NCBI GenBank assembly: GCA_963773695.1
Contig: CAVZCE010000001.1
Span: forward strand, 205,702 to 269,701
Direction: 5' to 3'
Length of the DNA: 64,000 nt
Source: an uncultured Chloroflexia bacterium
GTDB lineage: Bacteria > Chloroflexota > Limnocylindria > QHBO01
Shown here: in pieces, positions 27,301-35,756 of the stretch
Layout of the letters: every line of letters starts with the position of its first letter
How positions within the stretch are numbered: position 1 is the stretch's first letter
Notes under the pieces: generated by a model
Database searches by the model: none
Told to the model about the DNA's origin: nothing
The model's input: the letters and a program-made list of their open reading frames with translations, nothing else
Translations under genes and position numbers: made by a program

Positions 27301-27803
27301 GCCGGGGCAACCCGGTATCCGGCGTGGGTCTCGAGCCGCATCGAGCGGCGACCGGCGAGGTAGATGGCGACTCGCTCGTACCCGAACTGGGTGCGGAGCG
27401 CGTCCATTGCCACGCGGCAGACCGCGACGGGGCTGGGACCACCGGCGCCCTGGGCGAGGCGGGTGAGCACGGCCACCTCCGCGTCCCGGCGCGTGGCCCC
27501 CGGATGGGTTGCGGTGGCGGGCTCCGCGGCCTGGCTGCCCTCGGCCAGCAGCATCTCGAGGTCGGCTCGCCGGAAGCGGCGATCGCCGCGAGCGTTGATC
27601 CGATAGGCGGGGAGCCGGCCGGCATCGGTCCAGGCGCGAATCGTGTTCGGGTGCACGCCGAGCTGGGCGGCTGCCTGCGCGACGCTGACGAGTGCCTGGG
27701 GATCGCTCCCCCGGTCGCGGCCTATGGTCGACACCGTGTCTGCTCCCGAGCCGGTCCCGATCTTCGTGCGCTCCTGCTGGAGCTTCTGTGAGGAACCGTG
27801 CAA
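24339..27803 (-). CDS. Large c-di-GMP signalling protein: N-terminal MerR/excisionase-type HTH, multiple GAF domains, a GGDEF diguanylate cyclase domain and a C-terminal HD(-GYP)-like domain
   Basis: The HTH is LVSVAQAAAQLGVHPNTIRAWTDAGRLPAYRINARGDRRFRRADL. The GGDEF region is RYGGDEFVVVLHG. The HD-like region is HADRVAKLARAVSVRLG...IELAARLHGLDEI. The start is TTG at 27803 or GTG at about 27741. Confidence 0.75.
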   Translation of the reverse strand: MHGSSQKLQQERTKIGTGSGADTVSTIGRDRGSDPQALVSVAQAAAQLGVHPNTIRAWTDAGRLPAYRINARGDRRFRRADLEMLLAEGSQAAEPATATHPGATRRDAEVAVLTRLAQGAGGPSPVAVCRVAMDALRTQFGYERVAIYLAGRRSMRLETHAGYRVAPATTIDPAEVHALDRSREPSLRNGEGGPELRLPLRAGSELLGVLVITRAASGELGEQDLSFLRTVAGALGATIHNARMLARARRELTRARALRVVIQDLIGQLDLPAVLDEIADRARALFDADKVGLWLLTEGSPTFQLGASRGIGDSFQARIRSLTLDSPSVGVRAVLERRTHVVQGAGADPTVGVLHEVYEAEGIDSACLVPLVSNDRTMGVLGLYHLKRHDWPSDELNLAQALANQAAVAISNARLYRATLDQAARMRSIQDLSARLNRLTDVRAIAEAIVAEASTLAEYHDIRVYEVDWERRVCEPIAFTRRLLGEGGDFVEQLRVTIGPGSFTGTVAETGEPLLINDALADQRGLTIAGTDDIDESMLVVPMLYEGRALGVVALSKLGIGQFTNDDLQTMKIFAGYAAQAIANARSYEQLERQSAELARQLQSQRRLLEINERLLSTFDQPHVLELIADGLLSVVRYDNLSVYRADHAERILKPVLSRDRHEAVVSRYQIPFGRGLMGWAVDHGEPVLANDALDDPRAMQIPGTPADPESLCVVPLVSDGFVIGSLNISRIGGAEAHFSETDFELVKLFAGQASIALRNADAHYAVSQRAETDALTGLGNHGAFQRYLDDLFEHVDDEAGEPPFGLLMMDLDRFKEYNDCLGHPAGDALLNAIGKAITHASRTDDRAFRYGGDEFVVVLHGVDAADSALVGDRIRRAVAQLTAGEANPVTITVGVAAYPGDARNKNSLISAADTALYYGKQAGENRVVRIGDVPREMRALRGTLDQLARAALLHPEEAGHMEQLVEQAARLGSGIDDEASAALRDAVLAMARSLGAQDAATRRHADRVAKLARAVSVRLGCPEHEADTIELAARLHGLDEIRTEQLDGVRSLHGVREILDAERRLVAGARRRGRGPISLGAEIVAAANHYDAAAGGQAGGGSAVRRALAELPARTPTVRHEVLDALRTVVAPRVRPITRGRRRADSASEQGAA

Positions 27804-27884
27804 CGGATGCTAGAAGTGGCAACCGCTGGGGACGATGGGTCGTTGGTACCGGGTGGCGAGGTACCCTGCGGCGCGTGGGTCCGC

Positions 27885-28637
27885 TCAGGAGCCGATGAGC
27901 TGGCCGACGACGGCCGCCGCGGCGGCGGCGACCAGGACGACGACTCCCGCGCCCAGGGCACCGATGGCGAGCCTCAGCTGCCCGCGCCGCGCGCCGCCGA
28001 GGAGGCGCATCGCCGCGTCGAGCTCGAGCGCCGAGACGAGGTAGCCGCCCGGCGGCGGGGCGAGGGTCGGCCCCTCGGGGTCCAGCCTGACGTCGGCGAG
28101 GACGAGCAGGGAGTCCACCACGGAGATCGTGCGGGTCACGGCCCGCGCCGCGGTGGGCGGACCCTCCTCCGCGGCCAGCCGGGCGACCGCGGAGGCGTGC
28201 GGCTCCTCCAGCTCGTCCGGGCGCCCTTCCCACACCAGCGGGATGGTGATCAGCGGCTCGGCCGCCTCCGCGGGGTCCAGGACGAGCGACCCGGCGTGGT
28301 CCCACAGCTCGAACGAGCGGCCGGCGCGAATCCGCTCGATCGTGCGCCACCGTCCGTCGGGCATCCGCACCGCGACGTCGCGATGGAAGGCGACGAGGCG
28401 CTCGTCGTCGGGGGCCACGAGCGGGTCGGAGCAGCGGATCCGGCCCGAGAGGCGGATGGGGCGCTCCGGCGCGGCCTCGAGGTCCAGGACGTCGGCAACC
28501 GCCAGCGGCCGTGCACCGGCCAGGCGGCGGGCGGTCCGGGGGTCCGCGCCGATGAGGCGCATCCATGCGAAGCCGCCGACGAGGAGCGCGGCGCCGAGCA
28601 CGGCGAGGCCGAGGGCGACGAGGAAGAGCGGGGGCAT
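27885..28637 (-). CDS. Hypothetical membrane protein (N- and C-terminal TM helices)
   Basis: MPPLFLVALGLAVLGAALLVGGFAW... is a TM segment, and a C-terminal hydrophobic helix follows. No known motif was found. Confidence 0.45.
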   Translation of the reverse strand: MPPLFLVALGLAVLGAALLVGGFAWMRLIGADPRTARRLAGARPLAVADVLDLEAAPERPIRLSGRIRCSDPLVAPDDERLVAFHRDVAVRMPDGRWRTIERIRAGRSFELWDHAGSLVLDPAEAAEPLITIPLVWEGRPDELEEPHASAVARLAAEEGPPTAARAVTRTISVVDSLLVLADVRLDPEGPTLAPPPGGYLVSALELDAAMRLLGGARRGQLRLAIGALGAGVVVLVAAAAAAVVGQLIGS

Positions 28638-28797
28638 CGCCCGGAGTATACGGGCCGATAACGGCGCGATAAGCCGTCGCCGCTAGGGTGGGGCTCCCGC
28701 TGCTCCCTCGGCGGCGGCGCAGGCAAAACGGAGGTGGTCACCGCCGGCAGGAGGCTCCGTCATCGGCTTTCCCGAACGCACGAACGGAGGATGCACC

Positions 28798-29865
28798 GTG
28801 TCCACCCGATTTCCCGTCGTCCCGCGCCGGGGCCGTTCCCCGCGGGGCGCGCTCGGCGCGCTGCTGGCCGCCGGGCTGACCGTCTCGCTCGGCATCGCCT
28901 CGTCGGCGAGCGCCGGTCAGCCGCTCGCCACCACCTTCCTCTCCGCCGCGGACGCCCGTCGCGCCGGCCTGGAGATCGCCATCTCGCGTCACCCCACCGG
29001 GAGCGGCGTGCTCGTGGCCGTGACCGCCCCGGGCGCCGCCGCCGCGCACGCCGGACCGAGTGCGCCTCCCGAGGAGCAGGATCGCCGCCAGGCGCTGCGC
29101 CTGCTCGACGCCAGCCCGTCCGGCGCGGTTGCCGTCGCCGATGCCATCGGCGACCGGGCGGCCGGCCTCACCATCGTCGATCCCGAGGGGAATCAGCTGC
29201 GCGTCTCGCTGGGCGGCGTCGGCGGCGCCGTCTTCGCGCCTGCGGGCTGGCTCGCCGCCGTCGACGCCGCCGGACGCGCCTGGCGCGTCGACCCGGAGTC
29301 CGGTGCCGCCCACCTGCTCGGCGAGGGACCGTACGGGGGCCGGCTCGACGTCGGCGCGGACGGGGCCCTGATTCTCGTGGAGCTCAGCTCCGTCGAGGCG
29401 CCATTCTCCTCGCGGGTCGTGCGCCTCGACCCCGAGTCGGGTGTCGCGCGTCCCATGACGGACGAGAACGTCGGCCTCGTGTTCGCGGCTCGTGCGCTGG
29501 CCGACGGGGCCCTGGCGCTCGTCTCGCACCGCCCCGGACACGGAGTCGAGCTGCTCCGCCTCGACGGCGGCGAGATCGCCGTGGCCGCGGAGCTGGATCC
29601 CGATGCCGTCGACCCCTCCATCAGCGCCGACGGGTACGCGGCTGCCTACGCCGTCGCCGGGGACGGCAGCTACCTGGTCCGCGCGGGTGCTCAGGCGACC
29701 CGCCTCGGTAATGGAACGCTTCCGCGCCTCGCGCCCGACGGCGGTTCGATCGCCCTGCTCAGCGACGGTCGGACGGTGGTGGTGGATCCGGCAGGGCGGC
29801 GGCTCCAACAGCTGTCGTCGGCCCTCACCGCGTGGGCCCGCTGCGATGGAGGGTGCGAGCGATGA
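28798..29865 (+). CDS. Secreted protein with a signal peptide; possible beta-propeller repeats
   Basis: The GTG start is preceded by a GGAGGA RBS. The signal peptide is LGALLAAGLTVSLGIASSASAG. Repeated G-rich beta-strand-like segments follow. Its stop overlaps the M23 peptidase start as ATGA. Confidence 0.5.
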   Translation: MSTRFPVVPRRGRSPRGALGALLAAGLTVSLGIASSASAGQPLATTFLSAADARRAGLEIAISRHPTGSGVLVAVTAPGAAAAHAGPSAPPEEQDRRQALRLLDASPSGAVAVADAIGDRAAGLTIVDPEGNQLRVSLGGVGGAVFAPAGWLAAVDAAGRAWRVDPESGAAHLLGEGPYGGRLDVGADGALILVELSSVEAPFSSRVVRLDPESGVARPMTDENVGLVFAARALADGALALVSHRPGHGVELLRLDGGEIAVAAELDPDAVDPSISADGYAAAYAVAGDGSYLVRAGAQATRLGNGTLPRLAPDGGSIALLSDGRTVVVDPAGRRLQQLSSALTAWARCDGGCER

Positions 29866-30845
29866 TCGGTCGTGCGCTCATCGGCCTCGCGTTCGCGGTG
29901 CTCGCCGCCATCGGCTCGGGCGGCAGGGCCCTCGCGGCGGATGACTACACCCTGCCCTTCTACGACCCGTCGGTCTCGCTGAGCTACGGCGTCGACCGGG
30001 ATTCCCGTGGCTGCCGGCAGCGCGACTGGGCGAACACGTTGTGGAGCGACTGCAACCTGCACTACGGCCGCGTCTACGACGGCCACACCGGGATGGACTA
30101 CCCCATGCCCCTCGTCAGCCCGGTTGCGGCAAGCCGGGACGGGACGGTCGTCGACCTCTACACCGGGTACGGTACCCAGCAGTTCGGCACCTATGGCAAC
30201 TACGTGCTGGTCGCGCACGCGGACGGTCGCCGCACGCTCTACTACCACCTCGCCTACCACGGAGCCCGCGTCTCCGTGGGCCAGTCGGTGACCGCCGGCC
30301 AGTGGATCGCGGACTCGGGATGCAGCGGCCAGTGCTATGGCGCCCATCTCCACTGGGAGATGCGGGCGGTGGTCGGCGGACGCTGGACCTTCATCGATCC
30401 GATCTACCTCCACCTCTTCACGACCAGCCCGGGGCGGGTGCCGTTCCTGGCCGCGTACCGGCGCGAGTCGAATACCGGAACGGAGGTGATCCCGCAGTAC
30501 ACCACCGTGACCCACTGGGTCGAGTTCGTGAACCGCGGCGGCCGCACCTGGCGCAGCACCGTGTCGAAGGGGCGGACCTATCTCGCCACCTGGGACCCGG
30601 CGGGGCACCCCAGTGCCTTCGCCGCCGCCGACTGGCCCTACAGCTGGGTCCCGACCGCGCTCGACCAGGCCTCGGTGCCGCCCGATGGGGTCGGCCGCTT
30701 CACCTTCGGCCTGTACGGCGGTCGACCGCCGGGCCGCTACGTGGAGCGATTCGACCTCCTCGCGAACGGCCTGCGCTGGTTCGACTGGTCACGGCTCGGC
30801 TCGTTCTACGTCCCGATCTACGTGGTCTCCCATCAGGTCGAGTGA
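29862..30845 (+). CDS. M23-family (LytM domain) metallopeptidase with a signal peptide
   Basis: YDGHTGMDYPMP, NYVLVAHADGRRTLYYHLAY and CYGAHLHWEMR form the HxxxD / HxH zinc-binding signature. Confidence 0.8.
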   Translation: MIGRALIGLAFAVLAAIGSGGRALAADDYTLPFYDPSVSLSYGVDRDSRGCRQRDWANTLWSDCNLHYGRVYDGHTGMDYPMPLVSPVAASRDGTVVDLYTGYGTQQFGTYGNYVLVAHADGRRTLYYHLAYHGARVSVGQSVTAGQWIADSGCSGQCYGAHLHWEMRAVVGGRWTFIDPIYLHLFTTSPGRVPFLAAYRRESNTGTEVIPQYTTVTHWVEFVNRGGRTWRSTVSKGRTYLATWDPAGHPSAFAAADWPYSWVPTALDQASVPPDGVGRFTFGLYGGRPPGRYVERFDLLANGLRWFDWSRLGSFYVPIYVVSHQVE

Positions 30846-30898
30846 GCACAGCCGGGGCGGGGAGCCATCCTCCCTGCCCCTCTCTGGAGGGTTTGCGA

Positions 30899-31417
30899 AT
30901 GGAAGAGGTCACACGCTCCCCGGCCATGGCGGCCGCCAGGCTCCGGCGGCTCCTCGTCCCGGGGGCGATCGCCCTGGCGCTCGTCGCCTGCGCCGGGACA
31001 GGTGCCGGCACAGGGTCGCCGTCCGCGTCCGCGTCCGAACGTGCCACGGCAGGCGGGCCGAGCATCGGCGGGCTTCCCTCGTCCGGCGGAACGGATGCTG
31101 CCACGCGGCCGCCGACGGGGACCTCGGCGCCCCCCGCGCTGCCGCCCCGCTTCCCGGTGATGCCCGGCGCCTCGTCCGGGCCGCTGCCCTCGGGGCCGGG
31201 TGTCGTGGCCCGCTGGACCGTGGAGATGGTGGGCTCCGCGCCGTACGACTTCTACCTGCACGCCCTTCCCGCGGCTGGCTATCCCATCGTCGGTCGCTAC
31301 CCCACCGAGCACGCGGCGCTGATCCGTTTCGAGGTCAGCGCCGGCACCATCTGGCAGCTGCTCCTGGAGGAGGCCGGCGATGCGACGCTGGTGACGGTGC
31401 AGACGGACAGGCCCTGA
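30899..31417 (+). CDS. Lipoprotein (LVACAG lipobox), function unknown
   Basis: MEEVTRSPAMAAARLRRLLVPGAIALALVACAG, with a GGAGGG RBS upstream. Confidence 0.55.
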   Translation: MEEVTRSPAMAAARLRRLLVPGAIALALVACAGTGAGTGSPSASASERATAGGPSIGGLPSSGGTDAATRPPTGTSAPPALPPRFPVMPGASSGPLPSGPGVVARWTVEMVGSAPYDFYLHALPAAGYPIVGRYPTEHAALIRFEVSAGTIWQLLLEEAGDATLVTVQTDRP

Positions 31418-31441
31418 GGGCCGGCGGGAGCGCCGTGCCCG

Positions 31442-31957
31442 TCAGGCGGTTCGCTCCGCCGCCACGGATGCGACACGTGCGCCGGCGGCGGCGGCCAGCG
31501 CCCGCGGGGCCACGGCGAACACGGCGTCCGGCAGTCCGGCGGCCGCCCAGACCGTGGCGTGCTCGAGGAGATGCTCGTCGATCACCACCGGCACGGGCTG
31601 GCGGTGGCCGATGGGCGGGATCCCGCCGATGGCGAAGCCGGTCGCCTCGCGCGCCTCGTCGGCGGAGGCGCGCCGCACTGTCGAGGCGTCGAGAACCGCC
31701 GCGAGGCGCTCGGTGTCGACGCGGTCGGCGCCGGAGACGAGGGCGATGACGACCTGATCGTCGGCGACGAACACCAGCGACTTGACGATCTGGCCCACCT
31801 CGCAGCCGACCGCCCGTGCCGCATCCTCCGCGGTCCTGGTGCCCACTGCGTGGCGGCGAACCTCGATGGCGAGGCCGCGCTCGGCGGCCGCGCGGGTGAC
31901 GCGCTCGACGTTGCGATGGTCCGGCTCGGAGGCCGCGGCATGCTCGGCATCGGTCAT
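31442..31957 (-). CDS. YbaK/ProX-family aminoacyl-tRNA editing deacylase
   Basis: VKSLVFVADDQVVIALVSGADRVDTERLAAVL...GFAIGGIPPIGH is typical of the YbaK domain. Confidence 0.7.
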   Translation of the reverse strand: MTDAEHAAASEPDHRNVERVTRAAAERGLAIEVRRHAVGTRTAEDAARAVGCEVGQIVKSLVFVADDQVVIALVSGADRVDTERLAAVLDASTVRRASADEAREATGFAIGGIPPIGHRQPVPVVIDEHLLEHATVWAAAGLPDAVFAVAPRALAAAAGARVASVAAERTA

Positions 31958-32002
31958 GGCTCGATGATGCCACGCGTGGTACCCTCGCGGCGACAGCTCA
32001 AG

Positions 32003-32095
32003 AGCGACAGGGGAGCGCGCGAAGCGCTGAGAGTGCGGGCGACCGCAGACCCTCGAACCTGATCTGGGTCATGCCAGCGAAGGGAGTCGGTGTTC
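32003..32095 (+). promoter_or_regulatory. TPP (thiamine pyrophosphate) riboswitch, THI element
   Basis: GGGGAGCGCGCGAAGCGCUGAGAGUGCGGGCGACCGCAGACCCUCGAACCUGAUCUGGGUCAUGCCAGCGAAGGGA contains the conserved CUGAGA, ACCCU/GAACCUGAUCUGG.UAAUGCCAGCG.AGGGA cores. It is followed by a GGCGCATCCAC/GTGGGTGCGCC hairpin (expression platform) and an AAGGAG RBS. Confidence 0.85.
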
Positions 32096-32198
32096 ACCTT
32101 CGCGGCGCATCCACCTGTGGGTGCGCCGTTGTCGTTCTCCGAGCCGATGGTGCCGCCGCGCCGTGCGTGGCGGCAGTGGAAAGGAGCGACGCGGCGCG

Positions 32199-32855
32199 AT
32201 GCGAGCGGTGGTGGTGGCCGATGGCGACCCCGCGCCCTCGGATGCGAGCGTCCTCGCGGACGCGGACCTGCTGATCGCCGCCGACGGCGGAGCCGGCTGG
32301 CTCGAACGGATCGGGCGACGGCCGGACCTCCTCGTGGGCGATCTCGACTCGGTAGATCCGGAGACTGCGGAGCGCCTGGCCGGATCGGGCACGGAGGTCA
32401 TCCGCCACCCGGTGGAGAAGGATGCCTCCGACACGGAGCTGGCCCTCGAGGTCGCGTTCGAGCGTGGGGCCGACGAGGTCCTGCTGCTCGGCGTCCTGGG
32501 CGGCCGGAGGATCGACCACGAGCTGGCGAACCTCCTGCTGCTGGCCGACGCGGACCTGGCGTCGAAGGACGTCCGGATCGTCCGGGGCGGCACGACGGTG
32601 CGGGTCCTGGCCGGGCCCGGCGCGCTGCCCCTCGTCGCGGGCCCGGGCGCGGCGGTCACGCTGCTGCCCCTCGCCGGCGACGCGCATGGCGTCACGACGC
32701 GGGGGCTGCGCTACCCGCTCCGTGCCGAGACGCTCAGGGTCGGACGCTCCCGTGGTCTCTCGAACGAGGTCGTCGAGGCTCCGGCATCGGTCCGCCTCGA
32801 GGCCGGGTCGCTCCTGGTGGTGGAGATCGCCGCAGGCGATGGAGGAGACGAATGA
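32199..32855 (+). CDS. thiN: Thiamine pyrophosphokinase
   Basis: MRAVVVADGDP...LLIAADGGAG...VGDLDSV... matches the TPK catalytic and thiamin-binding domains. An AAGGAG RBS lies 11 nt upstream. Confidence 0.75.
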   Translation: MRAVVVADGDPAPSDASVLADADLLIAADGGAGWLERIGRRPDLLVGDLDSVDPETAERLAGSGTEVIRHPVEKDASDTELALEVAFERGADEVLLLGVLGGRRIDHELANLLLLADADLASKDVRIVRGGTTVRVLAGPGALPLVAGPGAAVTLLPLAGDAHGVTTRGLRYPLRAETLRVGRSRGLSNEVVEAPASVRLEAGSLLVVEIAAGDGGDE

Positions 32856-33439
32856 ACCGAATGCAGCAGTCGCCCGGTGGGTGGCGGCTCGTGGACATCG
32901 TGACCGCGTCGGTGATCGGCGCAGTCGCGGGCGTCGTGTTCTGGGGGTGGGGGGTCTGGACGCTCCCGCTCTTCAGCGGGCAGGTGAACCCCTTCGCCTA
33001 CCTGGTGTCGGGGATGTGGCTGGTCGCCGGCGTGCTGGCCATGCTCATCGTCCGCAAGCCGGGCGCCGCTCTCTTCGCCGAGGTCGTGGCCGCGGTCATC
33101 TCCGCCCTCCTCGGGTCGTACTGGGGCCTCGACGTGGTGCTCTCCGGCGCCGTCCAGGGCGCGGGGGCCGAGCTCGTCTTCGCGGTCTTCCTGTACCGAT
33201 CCTTCGGCCTGCCTGTCGCCCTCCTTGCCGGGGCAGGGGCGGCCGTCGGGGAGTGGCTCCACGACATGCCCGTGTACTACGCGGACGTCAGCACCGGCAT
33301 CCAGCTGAGCTACGGGGTGTTCATGCTGATCAGCGGCATCCTGATCGCCGGTCTCGGCTCCTGGCTGCTCGTGCGAGCACTGGCGCAGACCGGCGTCCTC
33401 GCCCCGTTCGCCTCCGGTCGGTCGCAGACCCCCGTCTGA
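32852..33439 (+). CDS. ECF transporter S (substrate-capture) component, YkoE/HmpT-like
   Basis: It has five to six TM helices and sits in the thiN-ECF operon downstream of the TPP riboswitch. Its ATG overlaps the thiN stop as ATGA. Confidence 0.65.
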   Translation: MNRMQQSPGGWRLVDIVTASVIGAVAGVVFWGWGVWTLPLFSGQVNPFAYLVSGMWLVAGVLAMLIVRKPGAALFAEVVAAVISALLGSYWGLDVVLSGAVQGAGAELVFAVFLYRSFGLPVALLAGAGAAVGEWLHDMPVYYADVSTGIQLSYGVFMLISGILIAGLGSWLLVRALAQTGVLAPFASGRSQTPV

Positions 33440-33468
33440 GGACCTCCGGCCACGGATACCCTCGGGAC

Positions 33469-34935
33469 ATGAGCCGCCCTGTCGGGATCGCGGCGGAGGG
33501 CTGGGGCTGGCGCCACGCGGGGCGCCGGGCGTGGGCCCTGCGCGACGTCAGCCTGCGCATCGAACCCGGCGAGCGGGTGCTGCTCCTGGGCCCGTCGGGG
33601 GCGGGGAAGTCCACCCTGCTCCTCGGCCTCGCGGGCCTCCTGGACCCCGCCGGAGGGGCGGAGGACGCGGGCAGCCTCCTGCTCGACGGCGAGGCGCCGG
33701 GCGCGGCGCGCGACCGGACCGGAATCGTCTTCCAGGACCCCGAGACGCAGATCGTGATGGGTCGTGCGGGGGACGACGTCGCCTTCGGGCTCGAGAACCG
33801 CTGCGTGCCCACGGCCGCGATCTGGCCCCGGGTGGACGCGGCGCTGGAGGCGGTGGGGTTCGGCTACGGGCGCGACCGGGCCACGGGGGCGCTCTCCGGC
33901 GGTGAGAAGCAGCGGCTGGCGCTGGCCGGAGTGCTGGCCCTGGCTCCGGGCCTGCTTCTGCTGGACGAACCCACGGCGAACCTGGACCCCGAGGGCGCCG
34001 AGCGCCTCTGGCAGGTGCTGCGGGAGGTTGCGGCCGGGCGCGACACGACCATGGTCGTCGTGGAGCATCGCGTGGAGGCCGTCCTGCCGCTGGTTGACCG
34101 CGTGATCGTGGTGGCGCCCGGCATGGGCGTGGTGGCCGATGGCGCCCCGCTCGATGTGTTCAGCCGCGAGGCCTCGGCGCTCGCCGCGGCGGGGGTCTGG
34201 GTCCCGGGCCTGCGCGCGGTCCCGCCACCGCGCCCGCCCGACGCCGGCCACGAGACGCTCGTCCTCGCGGAGGAGGCCACGTTCACGTATCCGGGGGACG
34301 GCCGCCCGGCGCTGGCGCGCACCTCCGTGCGCCTGCGTTCCTCGGAGGTCCTCGCGGTGACCGGCCCGAACGGATCGGGCAAGACGACCCTGGCCCTCCT
34401 GCTCGGCGGGCTCCTCCGGCCGAGCGGCGGCGGGGTGGTGGCGGGTGAGGCGCTCGCCGCGGGCCATGCGCGCGAGCCCATCGCCGGCTGGTCGGCGGAA
34501 CGGCTGGTTGGCGCGGTGGGGAGCGTCTTCCAGGAGCCGGAGCACCAGTTCCTGGCGAACAGCGTGCGGGCCGAGCTCGCCATCGGTCCGGGCCGGCTGG
34601 GCCTGGCGCCCATGGAGATCGCCCGACGAGTCCACGAGCTGCTCGAGCGGCTGCACCTGGCCCACCTGGCGGAGGCCAACCCGTTCACGCTCTCCGGTGG
34701 CGAGAAGCGCCGCCTCTCGGTTGCCACCGCGCTGGCCACCGCGCCGTCGGTCCTCGTCCTGGACGAGCCGACCTTCGGCCAGGACCGGCGCACGTGGGCG
34801 GAGATGCTGGGGCTGCTCGCCGCCCTGCGCACGGAGGGCCGGGCGATCTGCACCGTCACCCACGACCGCGAGTTCGCGACCGCCCTGGCCGACCGCACCC
34901 TGCGCCTGGCCGTGGCCGAGCCCGGAGCGGCCTGA
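33469..34935 (+). CDS. ECF transporter duplicated ATPase component (two fused ABC ATPase domains, YkoD-like)
   Basis: Two Walker A motifs (GPSGAGKST and GPNGSGKTT), two LSGGEKQR/LSGGEKRR signatures, and two Walker B motifs (LLLDEPTANLD and VLVLDEPTFGQD) are present. Confidence 0.85.
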   Translation: MSRPVGIAAEGWGWRHAGRRAWALRDVSLRIEPGERVLLLGPSGAGKSTLLLGLAGLLDPAGGAEDAGSLLLDGEAPGAARDRTGIVFQDPETQIVMGRAGDDVAFGLENRCVPTAAIWPRVDAALEAVGFGYGRDRATGALSGGEKQRLALAGVLALAPGLLLLDEPTANLDPEGAERLWQVLREVAAGRDTTMVVVEHRVEAVLPLVDRVIVVAPGMGVVADGAPLDVFSREASALAAAGVWVPGLRAVPPPRPPDAGHETLVLAEEATFTYPGDGRPALARTSVRLRSSEVLAVTGPNGSGKTTLALLLGGLLRPSGGGVVAGEALAAGHAREPIAGWSAERLVGAVGSVFQEPEHQFLANSVRAELAIGPGRLGLAPMEIARRVHELLERLHLAHLAEANPFTLSGGEKRRLSVATALATAPSVLVLDEPTFGQDRRTWAEMLGLLAALRTEGRAICTVTHDREFATALADRTLRLAVAEPGAA

Positions 34936-34938
34936 TCC

Positions 34939-35736
34939 GTGCAGCTCGCCACGCCGCTCTCCGTCCGCGCCGATGCGCCGCTCGGGTCGCTCGATCCGCT
35001 GGCCCGGATCGGAGCCGCGGTGATCCTCATGGGATTCGGGTTCGTCGCCCTGGACGGCGTCACCGCCGGCATCATCCTGGCCGGCATCCTCGCGGTCACG
35101 CCCATGACCGGCATCGGGCTCCGCGCGCTCTCGCGGCGGGCGTGGCCGATCGTCGTGGCCGCGGTGCTCATTGCGCTGGTCAACGCCGTCCTCGGCCCGC
35201 CGCGAGGGGCCGTGGTGCTGGCGGCCGGTCCCGTCGCCGTCCACGGCGGCAGCCTCCTCGCCGGCGCGGCCCTGGGGCTCCGGATCCTGGCGATCGCCCT
35301 GGCGGGGGTCGTGGCGCTCGCCGCGACCGACCCCACCGACCTCGCGGACGCCCTCGTCCAGGAGCTTCACGCGCCGCCGCGCTTTGCCCTGGGGGCGCTC
35401 GCCGCGCTGCGGCTCATGCCGCTCCTCGCCCAGGAGTGGCAGCTCGTCGGGCTCGCGCGCCGCGCGCGCGGCGTGAGCGCCCGGTCGCCTCTTGGCTGGG
35501 TGCGCCTCCAGGCTGGGCGGCTCATGGCCCTGCTGGTGGGCGCCATTCGCCGGGCGACGCGGCTTGCGCAGGCCATGGAGGCGCGGGGCCTCGGGTCGCG
35601 CCGATGCCGGACGGCTGCCCGGCCGCAGCGGATGACGCGCCTGGACGGCGCCGTCCTCGGGGGCGCGCTCCTGCTGGGCGCGGCCGCCACCGTGGTCAGC
35701 CTGCTGCTGGGCACGTACCGCCCGCTCTTCGGCTGA
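34939..35736 (+). CDS. ECF transporter T (transmembrane/EcfT/CbiQ-like) component, YkoC-like
   Basis: It is a polytopic membrane protein with the conserved ARGxR-like segment LAQAMEARGLGS, and it is the last gene of the operon. Confidence 0.7.
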   Translation: MQLATPLSVRADAPLGSLDPLARIGAAVILMGFGFVALDGVTAGIILAGILAVTPMTGIGLRALSRRAWPIVVAAVLIALVNAVLGPPRGAVVLAAGPVAVHGGSLLAGAALGLRILAIALAGVVALAATDPTDLADALVQELHAPPRFALGALAALRLMPLLAQEWQLVGLARRARGVSARSPLGWVRLQAGRLMALLVGAIRRATRLAQAMEARGLGSRRCRTAARPQRMTRLDGAVLGGALLLGAAATVVSLLLGTYRPLFG

Positions 35737-35756
35737 CTCCGCCTGAAGCGAAGAGA

